Below, piece after piece: positions 38,964 to 52,784 of a stretch of 60,772 nt of DNA. The notes below the pieces were generated by a model. It was not told the origin of the DNA. It made no database searches and worked only from the letters and a program-made list of their open reading frames with translations. Within the stretch, counting starts at the first letter, position 1. Each line of letters starts with the position of its first letter. The position numbers were made by a program, and so were the translations under genes. This stretch comes from a bacterium. Its GTDB lineage: Bacteria; DUMJ01. Location of the stretch: the NCBI GenBank assembly GCA_049970495.1, contig JBMFMV010000004.1, positions 1-60,772 on the forward strand. Direction: 5' to 3'.

Positions 38964-39548
38964 CTAAGATAAAGATTGAGGTCTTCTTATATAAACTAGT
39001 CTAGAGATAATGGCTTTAGCAAAGATAGAAGAAATAAATGACTTAATAATATCTAGCACAATAAAAGGAAAGAAACCCAAATTTAATACATCTAATATTC
39101 CTGTAGGTTTGCCCATATAGAAATAAAGTACTATATATAGATATGGTAGACCAACTAGATATATCATTCCCAAACCCAAAAAAGATGCCAAGAAATAATA
39201 TCTTAATAGAGGCTTATTCCTCTCTACGATTTTACCCGTTGTCCAGCTAGAAGCGATAAACCCCAAGAGAAAGCCAAATGTAGGTTTCAAGATATAAGTA
39301 AATCCACCATAAGGGGGGGAGGCAAAAACAGGGACACCTATAAGCCCTAAAATCACATAGACTAGCATACTCATAGCTCCTAATTTAGAGCCTAATATCA
39401 TACCTGAAAGTAATGTAACCATTGGTAAAAGACTAAAGGGAACAAGCATAGTTCCTGTTCCTAGCCTAACAATAATCGCAGAAACTACAGCTAGTGCAGT
39501 AAAAAATGAGGCATACGTTATATCTCTAGCGGTAAAACCCTTCTTCAT
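38964..39548 (-). CDS. bioY: biotin transporter BioY (ECF S component)
   Basis: ~190 aa, 6 TM. VPFSLLPMVTLLSGMILGSKLG...GLIGVPVFA...GGFTYILKPTFGFLLGF follows the BioY pattern. Confidence 0.8.
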   Translation of the reverse strand: MKKGFTARDITYASFFTALAVVSAIIVRLGTGTMLVPFSLLPMVTLLSGMILGSKLGAMSMLVYVILGLIGVPVFASPPYGGFTYILKPTFGFLLGFIASSWTTGKIVERNKPLLRYYFLASFLGLGMIYLVGLPYLYIVLYFYMGKPTGILDVLNLGFFPFIVLDIIKSFISSIFAKAIISRLVYIRRPQSLS

Positions 39549-39562
39549 CCTATACCTCCTTC

Positions 39563-39592
39563 TTGACTAGATCTCTACTATACTGTTATTAT
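39563..39592 (+). promoter_or_regulatory. sigma-70-type promoter candidate in front of the MFS remnant
   Basis: TTGACT (39563-39568), 18-nt spacer, TATTAT (39587-39592). The TTG start of the track ORF is actually this -35 box. Confidence 0.45.
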
Positions 39593-39625
39593 CTACTTAA
39601 TCTAGAAAAAATCAAGGGGATTAAG

Positions 39626-40201
39626 ATGATGGCATATAAAGAGATCCAACATATTGTTTTATTTATCTCTATAGTGAGTTCTTTTCTTACGGCACTTTTA
39701 GGCTCAGCTATAAACATCACCTTGCCTCAAATTGGCAATGAGCTATCTATAGATACAGTCTTACTTATTTGGATAAACACATCATATCTACTCTCTACCA
39801 CTATATTCCTCGTTCCACTTGGAAGACTCTCAGATAGGTTTCAACCAGGTGTTATTGCTTCTATTGGGATGTTTATAACAACAGTTGGACTATTCTTACT
39901 GAGATATATAGACATCTGCTTTATAATTTTAGGATTTGGCTTTGCTCTGTTCTCTTCTCCAAATACTAATGCCATTATAAGCTCCGTTAATAAAAAGTTA
40001 TATGGGACAGCATCTTCTATAGTTAGTACAATGAGAATGTTAGGACAGACGTTTAGTATGGGAATATCCACTATAGTATTTACCTCAGTTATTGGAAGAT
40101 CTCAAATACAATCTGAGGATCGCCTTATGTTAGTAAATAGCATCAGACTGATACTTACCATCTTTACTTCGCTAAGTAGAGGGAAGATGATAAGAAATTA
40201 A
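39626..40201 (+). pseudogene. MFS drug-transporter remnant with a large in-frame internal deletion
   Basis: N-terminal TM1-2 (NITLPQIGNELSIDTVLLIWINTSYLL...PLGRLSDRF) joins directly to late-TM sequence (GVIASIGMFITTVGLFLL...GFGFALFSSPNTNAIISSV...YGTASSIVSTMRMLGQ). That is ~190 aa against the ~450-480 aa expected. Confidence 0.55.
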
Positions 40202-40226
40202 CATTGTTAACTGGAGGTGTAAACTA

Positions 40227-41000
40227 ATGCCTAACGAGTATAAAGATAAAATAGTAGTTGTAACTGGTGGAGCGCAAGGAATAGGATATGCCATCTCTAA
40301 GGCATATCTAGAAGAGGAAGCACATGTCTGTATATTAGATATAGATGAAGAAGCCCTCAGTGAAGTTAAAGAGATAGACTTTAAAGATTACACCGATAAG
40401 ACTATGTATATAAAGTGTGACTTAGCAGAAGAAGATGAAATAATAAGAGCCTGTAATATGATAATTGAAAGATTTAAAAGAATTGATATACTCATCAATA
40501 ATGCAGGAATCGGTTCAACAAAGAGTATCTTTGAGAGAAAGACTTCTGAATGGGATAAAGTAATAAATGTAAACCTTCGAGCCCCTTATCTTATGACTAA
40601 ATATTTAGCCCGAAATATAAATGAAGGTGGTTGTATTATAAACATAGCATCAACTAGAGCATTTATGTCTGAACCCAATACCGAACCTTACTCTGCATCA
40701 AAAGGAGGGCTAGTAGCATTAACTCATTCATTGGCTATATCACTCTCACCTTATAAAATTAGGGTGAATTGTATAAGCCCAGGCTGGATAGAGACTTCTA
40801 ACTATAAGAAAAGGGCAAAGAGAACTACACCTCAGCTTAGAGAGATAGATCACCTACAGCATCCTGCAGGAAGAGTAGGGGTCCCTGAAGATATAGCATA
40901 CGCCTGCCTCTTTTTGACATCTCAAAGGGCAGGCTTCATTACAGGAACAAACCTAACAGTAGATGGTGGAATGACTATAAAGATGATATATATTGAGTAG
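40227..41000 (+). CDS. short-chain dehydrogenase/reductase
   Basis: TGGAQGIG, NNAGI, and the S...YSASK catalytic pattern. Confidence 0.85.
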   Translation: MPNEYKDKIVVVTGGAQGIGYAISKAYLEEEAHVCILDIDEEALSEVKEIDFKDYTDKTMYIKCDLAEEDEIIRACNMIIERFKRIDILINNAGIGSTKSIFERKTSEWDKVINVNLRAPYLMTKYLARNINEGGCIINIASTRAFMSEPNTEPYSASKGGLVALTHSLAISLSPYKIRVNCISPGWIETSNYKKRAKRTTPQLREIDHLQHPAGRVGVPEDIAYACLFLTSQRAGFITGTNLTVDGGMTIKMIYIE

Positions 41001-41002
41001 CT

Positions 41003-41755
41003 CTATTTACCAGACTGGGACCCAAAAGGGAATCCAAGAGTTCCCTGGATAGTGCCACCCTTTATTACCTTAGCATCTTTAGGAAAGCTTCTCAAACTTG
41101 CCACTTTAAGACCTATATTGTACTTTATATCCAATATGTCTATTGTTCCGATATTTTGTCCTTTAGTATCAAATAGCTCTATCTTTAAGGGATTTAGAGA
41201 GTCCTTATCAAGATAGAAGATGCCTTTACCAAAGTCTCCCTTCTGGTTTTGTTTTAAGGTAGCAGTTAAAACATAGACATCTTTCTTGTCTAACTTCTTC
41301 TCTTCTACCACTAAATCGTACATCTTTTCTAGGTCTGTCAAGATAGATGTAGGATTAGTTATATCTAAATTCGGAGTAGCAGATTGTCTCTGTTCAATTT
41401 TACTCTGAACCACCTGATTAGTCACAGGAGAATACATACTGAGAAGTTTCTTTTCACTATCAATAAGCATTACGGTGCCTTTAAATGTATCTGGCTCTAA
41501 ATAGGTAATCCTCACTACTGTAGGATTAGTGATCGATTCTATCTTTAACCTATAGGTGAGCTTTGTAGTTTGAGTAGAACCTGAACTCATCCCTGTGACA
41601 CTCATACTCATCCTTATGTCTATGTAAGAATCCTTTACCTCTTTGGTTCTAGCAGTTATCTTATCAATAATCTCATTGGGTGTTATAGCAAAAGCTATTG
41701 ATTCAATAATTAAAAAACAGATAAGAAACAGAACCGTTAAAAATCTTCTTTTCAT
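41003..41755 (-). CDS. LolA-like / outer-membrane lipoprotein-sorting-like secreted protein
   Basis: Signal peptide MKRRFLTVLFLICFLIIESIAFA and a ~220-aa all-beta-looking body with the general pattern of LolA-fold proteins. This is an architecture-level call only. Confidence 0.45.
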   Translation of the reverse strand: MKRRFLTVLFLICFLIIESIAFAITPNEIIDKITARTKEVKDSYIDIRMSMSVTGMSSGSTQTTKLTYRLKIESITNPTVVRITYLEPDTFKGTVMLIDSEKKLLSMYSPVTNQVVQSKIEQRQSATPNLDITNPTSILTDLEKMYDLVVEEKKLDKKDVYVLTATLKQNQKGDFGKGIFYLDKDSLNPLKIELFDTKGQNIGTIDILDIKYNIGLKVASLRSFPKDAKVIKGGTIQGTLGFPFGSQSGK

Positions 41756-41771
41756 TTTACCCTCCTAATTT

Positions 41772-42635
41772 TTAGAATGACTCACCATAAGATATTCCTA
41801 CAATACTAGGGTTTATCCTAACTATTATCTGTTTTGTATCCGAAAGATCAAAAGAAACCTTTCCAAGGTATATAAGATTATCTTTATAGTAATCAACATC
41901 TATATTTAGATAGACTCTACTTAACTTTAAACTCCCTTCAAGATTTATACCCCAAGACCCATCGTTGAAGCATACATACGGTATAAACTTACCACCTACT
42001 GTAATTCCATTGTCAAATCTCTCCCTGTATCCTACACCAAAGGGAAGCGAATTAGAGGGGAAGTTAAATATATCACTTGTAGTATATATGTAACCCAAAT
42101 CAAAGCTCAACGCTTGGGTTCCACTAGTAAAACCTAAAGAGGAGTAAGTACCAAAACCAAGACTACCAGAAGGATTCAAGGTCAGATAATTTCTATAATC
42201 ATAGCTTCCCAATATTGGGCCAAGCATTTCTACACCTTCTCTCTTATAGCCAAGCCCCCAAGAGTTTCCTAGCTTATAAAGTCCTATAGTGTCATTAAAA
42301 CCTTCTAAGGTTAGTCTAACCTCTAAATAGGTAATATCTTTCTTATCTTGGGTTGAAGCCAGGATAATCGAATAAGAATTCATGTTTTCATCATTCATAG
42401 AAAATAAAAGACCCCTAGTATCGTATTTTACTATGAGTCTGTCTCCCTCATCTTGAAGATTTCCTAGATAAAGCTTCATATTTTCATAATCTATTCTACC
42501 ATCAAAGAGTAACCTTCTCTCAGATGGAGCCCAGGAAAATCCAAGCTCTAAACCATTCTGAGAGAAGGCATATCTAGTTATAAAACCAGTCATAACTACA
42601 ACCAGTATAAAAGTTAACAACTTCTTTTTTACCAT
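41772..42635 (-). CDS. putative outer-membrane beta-barrel protein
   Basis: Signal peptide, alternating hydrophobic/polar beta-strand periodicity, Gly/Tyr/Ser-rich, and a C-terminal ...ISYGESF ending in Phe. Confidence 0.45.
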   Translation of the reverse strand: MVKKKLLTFILVVVMTGFITRYAFSQNGLELGFSWAPSERRLLFDGRIDYENMKLYLGNLQDEGDRLIVKYDTRGLLFSMNDENMNSYSIILASTQDKKDITYLEVRLTLEGFNDTIGLYKLGNSWGLGYKREGVEMLGPILGSYDYRNYLTLNPSGSLGFGTYSSLGFTSGTQALSFDLGYIYTTSDIFNFPSNSLPFGVGYRERFDNGITVGGKFIPYVCFNDGSWGINLEGSLKLSRVYLNIDVDYYKDNLIYLGKVSFDLSDTKQIIVRINPSIVGISYGESF

Positions 42636-42693
42636 ACAAAGACCTCCTTTTTAACACCTAGAAATACTCATAATTTCCTACAAATGTTCGAAA

Positions 42694-43548
42694 TCATTTA
42701 AACTCTCTAAGTATATCAGAATAATCTATCCCTGTAATAGGGTTCTTATATAGAGGACCATCTTTCAATTGAGGTAGCTGTTCCTCATAGGTAGGTCGAT
42801 TATTGATATATATGACACCTATTGGAATCTTATCCCCCCACTCTAAAGCCTTCTCAAATGCTAAGATCCTATTGGTTGGGTCATAGCTATCATCAAGCTT
42901 ATAGACTCTCTGCTTATACCACTGAAAGGTATTTACTCTATTAAATGTGACACATGGCTGTAATATATCAAGAAGGGCAAAACCTTTATGAGTTATTGCT
43001 AATTTCATCATATTAACTAAGTGCTCTAGGTCTCCAGAGAAGCTTCTGGCCACAAAACTAGCATTTAAGGCTACTGCTATAGCTATAGGATTAAACGGGG
43101 GCGATATTACCCCATCAACTTGCACCTTAGTCTTCATCCCAAGGTCAGAGGTAGGTGAAGCCTGCCCCTTGGTTAAACCGTAGATCTGATTGTTGTGTAC
43201 AAATACCTTTATATTTACATTTCGCCTTATATTATGTATAAAGTGATTGCCACCCTCACCATAGGTATTACCATCACCAGACTCTGCTATTACTATCAGC
43301 TCGTGATTAGCTATCTTAGCCCCAACCGCTACAGGAATATCTCTCCCATGTAATCCGTTGAATAAATTACACCTAAAGTAGTGCGGTGCCTTAGCTGCCT
43401 GTCCTATACCAGAGACCATAAGAAGATGCTCAGGTGGAATATTTAATTCAGACAAAGCCTGTTTCATACATCTAAGTATAGAAAAATTACCACAGCCAGG
43501 ACACCAAGCGGGAACTTGATTATTGTTATAAGTTTCTATATCTACCAT
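42694..43548 (-). CDS. 2-oxoacid:ferredoxin oxidoreductase beta (TPP-binding) subunit
   Basis: WCPGCGNFSIL, and the GDG-type TPP motif ESGDGNTYGEGGNH. Confidence 0.85.
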   Translation of the reverse strand: MVDIETYNNNQVPAWCPGCGNFSILRCMKQALSELNIPPEHLLMVSGIGQAAKAPHYFRCNLFNGLHGRDIPVAVGAKIANHELIVIAESGDGNTYGEGGNHFIHNIRRNVNIKVFVHNNQIYGLTKGQASPTSDLGMKTKVQVDGVISPPFNPIAIAVALNASFVARSFSGDLEHLVNMMKLAITHKGFALLDILQPCVTFNRVNTFQWYKQRVYKLDDSYDPTNRILAFEKALEWGDKIPIGVIYINNRPTYEEQLPQLKDGPLYKNPITGIDYSDILREFK

Positions 43549-45221
43549 ATCTTCTTTACCTCCCTTGTAATCTCAGATGGTGTAAAAGGTCTCCCATTAT
43601 ACTTTAAGATCTTATCTATTATGTCTATCCCAGTTTCTCTCCTTATAAGTTGGGTAAGCTGACCCGTAGCATTTCCCTCTACCGCTATAAGCCTCTTATC
43701 TCCATATCTTCCTAACCATCTAGTAGGAAGAGGATACACATCAGAAAAATGTAAAAGTCCAATTCTGTATCCTTCACCTATAAGTCTATCTACAGATTCT
43801 CTTATGGCTCCATAGGTAGATCCCCAACCAACTAAAACTACCCTAGGGTCTGAAACTCCTACATACAGAGGTTCTTCCACCTCTTCTTTAAGCAATATCC
43901 CCCTTTTAAGTCTCTTTTCTACCATCATTTTTCTTATCCCTAAATCTTCTGTTATATGTCCTTCTTCATCGTGCTCATCACTATCTGTTATAACAAGTAC
44001 CCCATCTGTGCCAGGTAAAGCCCTAGGCGATATACCTGATTCTGTAATCAGATGTCTCTTATAATTTTTATCTGGACTATTATCGATATATCTATGTATC
44101 TCTACGGCACTTAGATCAAGCTCATCAATAGTAGCTGCAGAGTCTATAAGAAACTGATCAGTAAGTATTATAGATGGGATCTGATATTTATCTGCCAGAT
44201 TAAATGCCTTAATAGTCTTGTAAAAGGCGTCTCTTGCATCCCTTGGAGCGGTTACATACCTTGGAAATTCTCCATGTCCGGCATTTATTACAAATAAAAG
44301 TTCCGCCTGTTCTGTCCTTGTTGGAAGCCCTGTTGCCGGTCCAGGTCTCTGTCCAATATGTATAACGCAAGGCGTCTCTGTCATACCTGCAAGGCTCAAG
44401 CCTTCAACCATAAGGGCAAATCCTCCACCAGAAGTTGTAACCATAGACCTTACACCAGCAAATGATGCCCCTAAGACCATATTTATAGCGGATATTTCAT
44501 CTTCTGCCTGTTCTACTACTATATTATACTTCTTAGAATGTCCGGCTAGATAATTCATAACCGCAGTACCTGGAGTCATTGGATATGCAGATAAAAATCT
44601 GCAACCTGCCACTATAGCTCCAAAACCAACTGCAGAGCCACCATCCATAACCAGCTTATTATTATCACTCAAAAATGGTGTCTTGAACTGAAAATCTTTC
44701 TTACTTTTACCAATCTCATAACCTGCCTTAGCAGACTGTACATTCTTCTCTTTCACTTCTAAGTCCTTAAATTGCTCCTTTATAAGTTCTTCTAGTATAG
44801 AGAATTCACCTTCTAATAAGCCTACCAATACCCCGCAAGCTACAGAATTGATAGCTACTTTTGTCTGAGCTCTTTCTACAGCTATTCTTTGAAGGGGAAC
44901 ACCATAAAATCTTTCTCCCTCTAAGCCTTTTATAAGCTCATTGTCATAAACTACAATTCCTTTATCTAAGAGTTCATCGGCATGGAGCTTAACGGTTTCC
45001 TCATTTAAAGCGACTAAGATATCGATTCCTCCGTCTGAACTATATATAGGCTCTGTAGATACCCTTATCTGTGTAAAATTATGCCCTCCTCTTATCCTTG
45101 ACTGATAACTATGTTCAACAAACACATAATAGCCAGAACGGAGGAAAAATTTAGACATGATAGAGCTTACCGTCTGGATACCCTGACCTGCCTCCCCACC
45201 AACTACAATCTTTACTTCCAT
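43542..45221 (-). CDS. 2-oxoacid:ferredoxin oxidoreductase alpha subunit with a fused N-terminal gamma domain
   Basis: Gamma-like N-terminus (GGEAGQGIQT...), then the alpha domain (AYPMTPGT...). Its end overlaps the beta gene start by 7 nt. Confidence 0.85.
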   Translation of the reverse strand: MEVKIVVGGEAGQGIQTVSSIMSKFFLRSGYYVFVEHSYQSRIRGGHNFTQIRVSTEPIYSSDGGIDILVALNEETVKLHADELLDKGIVVYDNELIKGLEGERFYGVPLQRIAVERAQTKVAINSVACGVLVGLLEGEFSILEELIKEQFKDLEVKEKNVQSAKAGYEIGKSKKDFQFKTPFLSDNNKLVMDGGSAVGFGAIVAGCRFLSAYPMTPGTAVMNYLAGHSKKYNIVVEQAEDEISAINMVLGASFAGVRSMVTTSGGGFALMVEGLSLAGMTETPCVIHIGQRPGPATGLPTRTEQAELLFVINAGHGEFPRYVTAPRDARDAFYKTIKAFNLADKYQIPSIILTDQFLIDSAATIDELDLSAVEIHRYIDNSPDKNYKRHLITESGISPRALPGTDGVLVITDSDEHDEEGHITEDLGIRKMMVEKRLKRGILLKEEVEEPLYVGVSDPRVVLVGWGSTYGAIRESVDRLIGEGYRIGLLHFSDVYPLPTRWLGRYGDKRLIAVEGNATGQLTQLIRRETGIDIIDKILKYNGRPFTPSEITREVKKIW

Positions 45222-45389
45222 AAATTACCACCCTCTCTTTTTCTTATATCTTATCAGCAAGACAGAAATTGTTCAAGTTTAATTAGAGTTTATAATTAGC
45301 TAATGGACAGACATATCGCTACCTTCTCTAATTCTACATAGGTAAAAGTGGCAGAAATTAAGATTAATATTTATTTTTTGGCAATTTTG

Positions 45390-45398
45390 TGGTATAAT
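45390..45398 (+). promoter_or_regulatory. extended -10 element (TGGTATAAT) 9 nt upstream of ATG 45408
   Basis: tgTGGTATAATaatcttgctATG. There is no SD between the element and the ATG, and the -35 is weak (TTTATT). Confidence 0.35.
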
Positions 45399-45407
45399 AA
45401 TCTTGCT

Positions 45408-47032
45408 ATGGCGGAGATAAAAAGAGAGACAGATCTTATCCCAGAAGAGTTTTGGGGTGAGTTATTACCCATCTGCAATAAATACTTGGGCTCCAAAGGT
45501 GAGTCGATACTTAATGAGACCTTAGAGATATTAGGGAAGGATAGGAGTAATGTTACCTTTGGAGATCTTACAGATATCTATAATGCGCTTATAAGTAGAT
45601 TAATATATCTTGACAAAAGGGCAGACTTCAGGATGGACCTCTATGATTTGAGAAGAAAATATATGGTTCCTCCTGAAGCCATAGAGTATAAACCTAGCAA
45701 GCTAGAACTACTTCTTAATAGGATATTTGCAAAAAGGACATCAACTTTTCTAGTAATAGTAATAGTTCTAGCTATCGGAATTGGACTTTACTATGGACTC
45801 AAGCCTAAGAGCAGTACAGGGGTAATAAGTGGCAAGTATGACGTGGTACTCTGGTCTGGTATCTATTCTAAAAATATGGAAGAGACTATTAATAAGATAA
45901 TAGAAAGCTTCAATGAAAAGTATAGACCTTATAAGGCAAGGTTAGACCTATTACCTAGTGGTGGAGACCCTATGGCTGAGATGGGAACACAAATGAAGAT
46001 CATGGCAGTATTTGCTGCAGGGGAACCGCCAGATATCATATACGGAACCCAAAATCCTATATACATAAACGGACCTTACCTATTAAAGATACCAAAAGAC
46101 CAGATTATACAGCTACAATATTTTCCTAAAATATTAGCTCAGATTACAAAAGATGGAGAATATTTCTATTGCTATCCAGCTATGATATCCCCTAAGTTTA
46201 TACTTATAGGTAATAAAACTCTAATAGAAGGGCTAGGGTATAACCCTAAGAGGATTCAAGAGGAAGGTATAAACTGGGATAACTTTATAGACTTATCCAA
46301 CAAGCTCAAGTTAGTGTCCCCTTATCCTGTCATTATAAATCTAAGGGGGGGTTCTCTCTTTGATATATTCTGGATGCTTATGGTAAATAATGGGGTAGGA
46401 AAGGCTGTAGAAGATGGAAAATTCCTATGGAACGAAACAAAAATGGCTGAGACTTTGAGGTTTTTCGATAAGTTAGTCAAGAGTAATATCATTAATCCAA
46501 CATTACTCAGTAGTAAAATCTCTACTAATATAGACATATTCAATGAAGGGAAAGCAGGGATACTTATAGGAAGTTATCTAGATTATAGGATGATTGATAA
46601 CGCAAAAAAGGTTAAGGCAATAATCTCTCCTTTTCCAAATAACCGAGGGAATAAGATCTCATCTCTTTGGGATATCTATGGTTATTTTTGCTTTAGACAA
46701 AGAGACAATTATAATCCTAACAAAGCACAGAAGACTCTTCTATTTGCCAAAGTCTTGGCAGAGAATTCGGACTGGGTCCTTGATATAGGAGGGCTACCAG
46801 CATCTAGGGATATCTGGAGTAGATTAAACTTATATAAAGAGGAAAATCATAGTTTTCTATATAGGTATATAGAGACAGCTGTCCCTGTAGATAGTGAGCC
46901 GTTATTTACCCAGATAGCATTCGAGGCAATAAATCCCCAATTAGAAAATATAGTTACAGAGAAGATAGAAGTTGATCAGGCTCTAAAAGAAATAAAGGAT
47001 AGACTAGATAAAATTCTATCTCAGAATAAAAG

Positions 47033-47036
<4 letters not shown>
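45408..47036 (+). CDS. membrane-anchored protein: unknown cytoplasmic N-domain, one TM, then an extracytoplasmic family-1 solute-binding-like domain
   Basis: TM segment STFLVIVIVLAIGIGLYYGL, followed by an SBP_1-like body (VVLWSGIYSKNMEETINKIIESFNEKYRPYKARLDLLP...AGEPPDIIYG). The track ORF starts at 45348 (GTG); see findings. Confidence 0.55.
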
Positions 47037-49905
<2,869 letters not shown>

Positions 49906-49917
49906 TTGGAGGGAATT

Positions 49918-52347
49918 ATGGAAGACAAGGGCAATATCATAGGAGTAAGGATAGAAGAAGAATTACAAGCCTCATACCTAGACTATGCAATGAGTGTAAT
50001 AATAGGTAGGGCTCTCCCTGATATAAGGGATGGACTAAAACCTGTCCAAAGAAGAATACTCTACGCTATGTTAGAACTTGGGATGGAGCCTAATAAACCA
50101 TATAAAAAGTCAGCTAGAGTCGTAGGGGAAGTCTTAGGTAAGTACCATCCCCACGGAGATGCCCCTGTATATGATGCCTTAGTCAGAATGGTCCAAGATT
50201 TTACACTGAGACACCCATTGGTAGATGGACATGGCAACTTTGGTTCTATAGATGGTGATGAACCTGCAGCTATGAGGTATACAGAAGTGAGGCTAGCTCC
50301 TATTGCTATAGAGCTTCTAAAAGATATAGATAAAGATACGGTAGACTTTATGCCAAACTTTGATGAATCTCTAAAAGAGCCTGTAGTATTGCCTGCAGGA
50401 TTTCCAAATGTAATAGTAAATGGGAGTTCTGGTATAGCTGTAGGTATGGCAACAAATATTCCGCCCCATAATCTCAAAGAGGTTATAGATGCGCTCATTT
50501 ATCTTATAGATAATCCTTCTGCAACCGTAAATGACTTAATGAGATTTATTCCCGGACCCGATTTCCCTTCTGGTGGAGTAATAAGAGGTAGAAAGGGAAT
50601 AATAGATACATATACTACAGGAAGGGGGCATATAGTCTTAGAGGGAAGGGTGGAAATAGAGGAGCACAGAGGGAGAAGAAACATTATAATAACTGAACTA
50701 CCATATCAGGTAAATAAGGCGGTACTCATAGAAAAGATAGCAGGACTTATAAAAGACCACAAGATTACAGGGGTACAAAATATAAGAGATGAATCAGACA
50801 GAGAGGGGATGAGGGTAGTAATAGAACTGAAGAAAGAGGCCATACCACAAGTAGTTATAAATCAGCTTTATAAACATACCGCATTAAGAATTACATATGG
50901 GAGTATTATGTTAGTTATATCAAATGGTATACCAAGAATTATGCCCTTAGACGAAATACTAAGAGAATTCTTGTCATTTAGAAAAGAAGTGATAAGAAGG
51001 AGAACAAACTACGATCTCAACAAGGCAAAGGCTAGGGCACATATTCTCGAAGGATTATTAATAGCACTTGACCATTTAGATGAGGTAATAACACTAATAA
51101 GAAACTCTAGAGATGTAGAGTCTGCTAGGAATGGACTTATGGCTAACTTTAATCTCTCTAAAGAACAGGCTCAGGCAATACTAGACTTAAGACTCCAACG
51201 TCTAACTGCATTAGAAAGAGAAAAGGTAGAAGAGGAGTATAGAGAAGTCTCAGAGACAATAAAATCCTTAGAAGCTATACTGAATGACGAAAGGATACTT
51301 CTAAATGTGATAAAGGAAGAATTACTAGCTATATCCAAGAAATTTGCCCAGCCAAGAAAAACTATAATATCTGAGGACATAAAGGAAGAGGCAAAAGAAG
51401 AAGACCTCCTTCATAATATAGATATACTTATTACACTTACAGAGAGAGGATACATAAAGAGAACACCATTAGCTACATACAGAAAACAGCGTAGAGGGGG
51501 AAAGGGTATTATTGGTCTTGAGACTAAAGAAGATAGGGTGGCTCAAACCATAGTAGCTAAAGAGCTAGATAAGATACTCCTTTTTTCTGATAGAGGCGTA
51601 GTGTATCAGCTTAAAGGGTACCAGATTCCAGCGGCAAGCAGACAGGCAAAGGGGACACCTATATCCCTGTTACTCCCTGTAAAAGAAGAAGAAAGAATTA
51701 CTGCCCTATTCCCTGTCCCTGAAGACCTAGATACTTTTGGTAAGATAATTATGGTAACAGGTAAGGGACTAGTCAAGCTTTCTAATCTTAGAGAATATGT
51801 AGATCCCCCGTCTAAGGGTAAAATTGCTATATCTTTGCAAGAAGGGGATAGACTTGTAGGTGTGAAGGCATTGATGGGAGACGAAGACCTAATACTTGTA
51901 AGTAATAGGGGTTATCTAGCAAGATTCTCTACAGCCTCTCTAAGGGAAATGGGCAGAACCGCTAAAGGAGTAAGAGGGATAAAATTAGAAGAGGGGGATA
52001 CAGTGATTGACGTAGAGACATATGAGCCAGAAAAATCACTCCTATTTATTACCAAGATGGGGTATGGAGTAAAGATAAGATTAGACGATATACCACAAAA
52101 GAAAAATAGAGGGATAAAGGGGGTAAAAGGACTTAAATTAAGAGAGGGAGATGAATTAGCAGATGTTATTAAGGTTGGAGAAGATGATGAGATAGTCATT
52201 ATGTCGGCATTAGGAAAGACAATAAGAATGGTTGTAAAAGATATAAGACAGGTTGGTAGAAATAGTAGTATAGGGATAAGACTGATGACTTTAGAAGAGA
52301 AAGACTCAGTACAGAGCGTAGCACTAGTAGAAAGCGAAGATGAATAA
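49918..52347 (+). CDS. gyrA: DNA gyrase subunit A
   Basis: [17 protein letters not shown], the active-site AAMRYTE, and the C-terminal beta-pinwheel. ATG 49918 follows GGAGGG; track start is 49906. Confidence 0.95.
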   Translation: MEDKGNIIGVRIEEELQASYLDYAMSVIIGRALPDIRDGLKPVQRRILYAMLELGMEPNKPYKKSARVVGEVLGKYHPHGDAPVYDALVRMVQDFTLRHPLVDGHGNFGSIDGDEPAAMRYTEVRLAPIAIELLKDIDKDTVDFMPNFDESLKEPVVLPAGFPNVIVNGSSGIAVGMATNIPPHNLKEVIDALIYLIDNPSATVNDLMRFIPGPDFPSGGVIRGRKGIIDTYTTGRGHIVLEGRVEIEEHRGRRNIIITELPYQVNKAVLIEKIAGLIKDHKITGVQNIRDESDREGMRVVIELKKEAIPQVVINQLYKHTALRITYGSIMLVISNGIPRIMPLDEILREFLSFRKEVIRRRTNYDLNKAKARAHILEGLLIALDHLDEVITLIRNSRDVESARNGLMANFNLSKEQAQAILDLRLQRLTALEREKVEEEYREVSETIKSLEAILNDERILLNVIKEELLAISKKFAQPRKTIISEDIKEEAKEEDLLHNIDILITLTERGYIKRTPLATYRKQRRGGKGIIGLETKEDRVAQTIVAKELDKILLFSDRGVVYQLKGYQIPAASRQAKGTPISLLLPVKEEERITALFPVPEDLDTFGKIIMVTGKGLVKLSNLREYVDPPSKGKIAISLQEGDRLVGVKALMGDEDLILVSNRGYLARFSTASLREMGRTAKGVRGIKLEEGDTVIDVETYEPEKSLLFITKMGYGVKIRLDDIPQKKNRGIKGVKGLKLREGDELADVIKVGEDDEIVIMSALGKTIRMVVKDIRQVGRNSSIGIRLMTLEEKDSVQSVALVESEDE

Positions 52348-52762
52348 GTTTGAACTTATAGAGCATACAGCAGATATAGGCTTAATAGCCTATGGTAAAT
52401 CAAAAGAAGAACTGTTTGAAAATGCTGGAGAAGGGCTATTCTCTATAATTACTGATTTAAGTAAAGTATTCCCTATAGAAAAATTTAACATCTCTACCAC
52501 TGCCGAAGACTTAGAGAATCTATTCATCTGCTGGCTCAATGAATTGATATATTTTTGGGAGGTAAATAGGATACTTGTAAGTAGATTCAAGGTAGATATA
52601 AAAGATGATGCCTTATTAGAGGCGGTAATCTATGGGGAGAGATTTGATCATAATAAACATACCATTGAACATGGAGTAAAGGCGGTAACCTATTATGAAT
52701 TCAAACTGGAGTATGACCATACCAAAAAGATTTGGACTGCTAAGGTTATAATAGATGTATGA
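52340..52762 (+). CDS. archease
   Basis: [31 protein letters not shown]...KAVTYYEF...IIDV; 140 aa. Its ATG overlaps the gyrA stop by 8 nt. Confidence 0.85.
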   Translation: MNKFELIEHTADIGLIAYGKSKEELFENAGEGLFSIITDLSKVFPIEKFNISTTAEDLENLFICWLNELIYFWEVNRILVSRFKVDIKDDALLEAVIYGERFDHNKHTIEHGVKAVTYYEFKLEYDHTKKIWTAKVIIDV

Positions 52763-52784
52763 AAATGAAAGGTGGTGATAATAG

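Noticed and set aside
39567-39605. Inverted repeat CTAGAT...ATCTAG upstream of bioY as a BirA-type operator
   Set aside because: The arms are only 6 bp, the spacing is irregular, and there is no resemblance to known BirA boxes. It is more simply explained by the promoter region.
45348-45422. Duplicated MAEIK start (GTG 45348 ...MAEIKINIYFLAILWYNNLA then ATG 45408 MAEIKRETD)
   Set aside because: It is tempting to read as a duplication or an alternative start. However, the intervening 60 nt contain an extended -10 element and encode an implausible hydrophobic stub. I treat ATG 45408 as the start, although the GTG (AGGT upstream) cannot be excluded.
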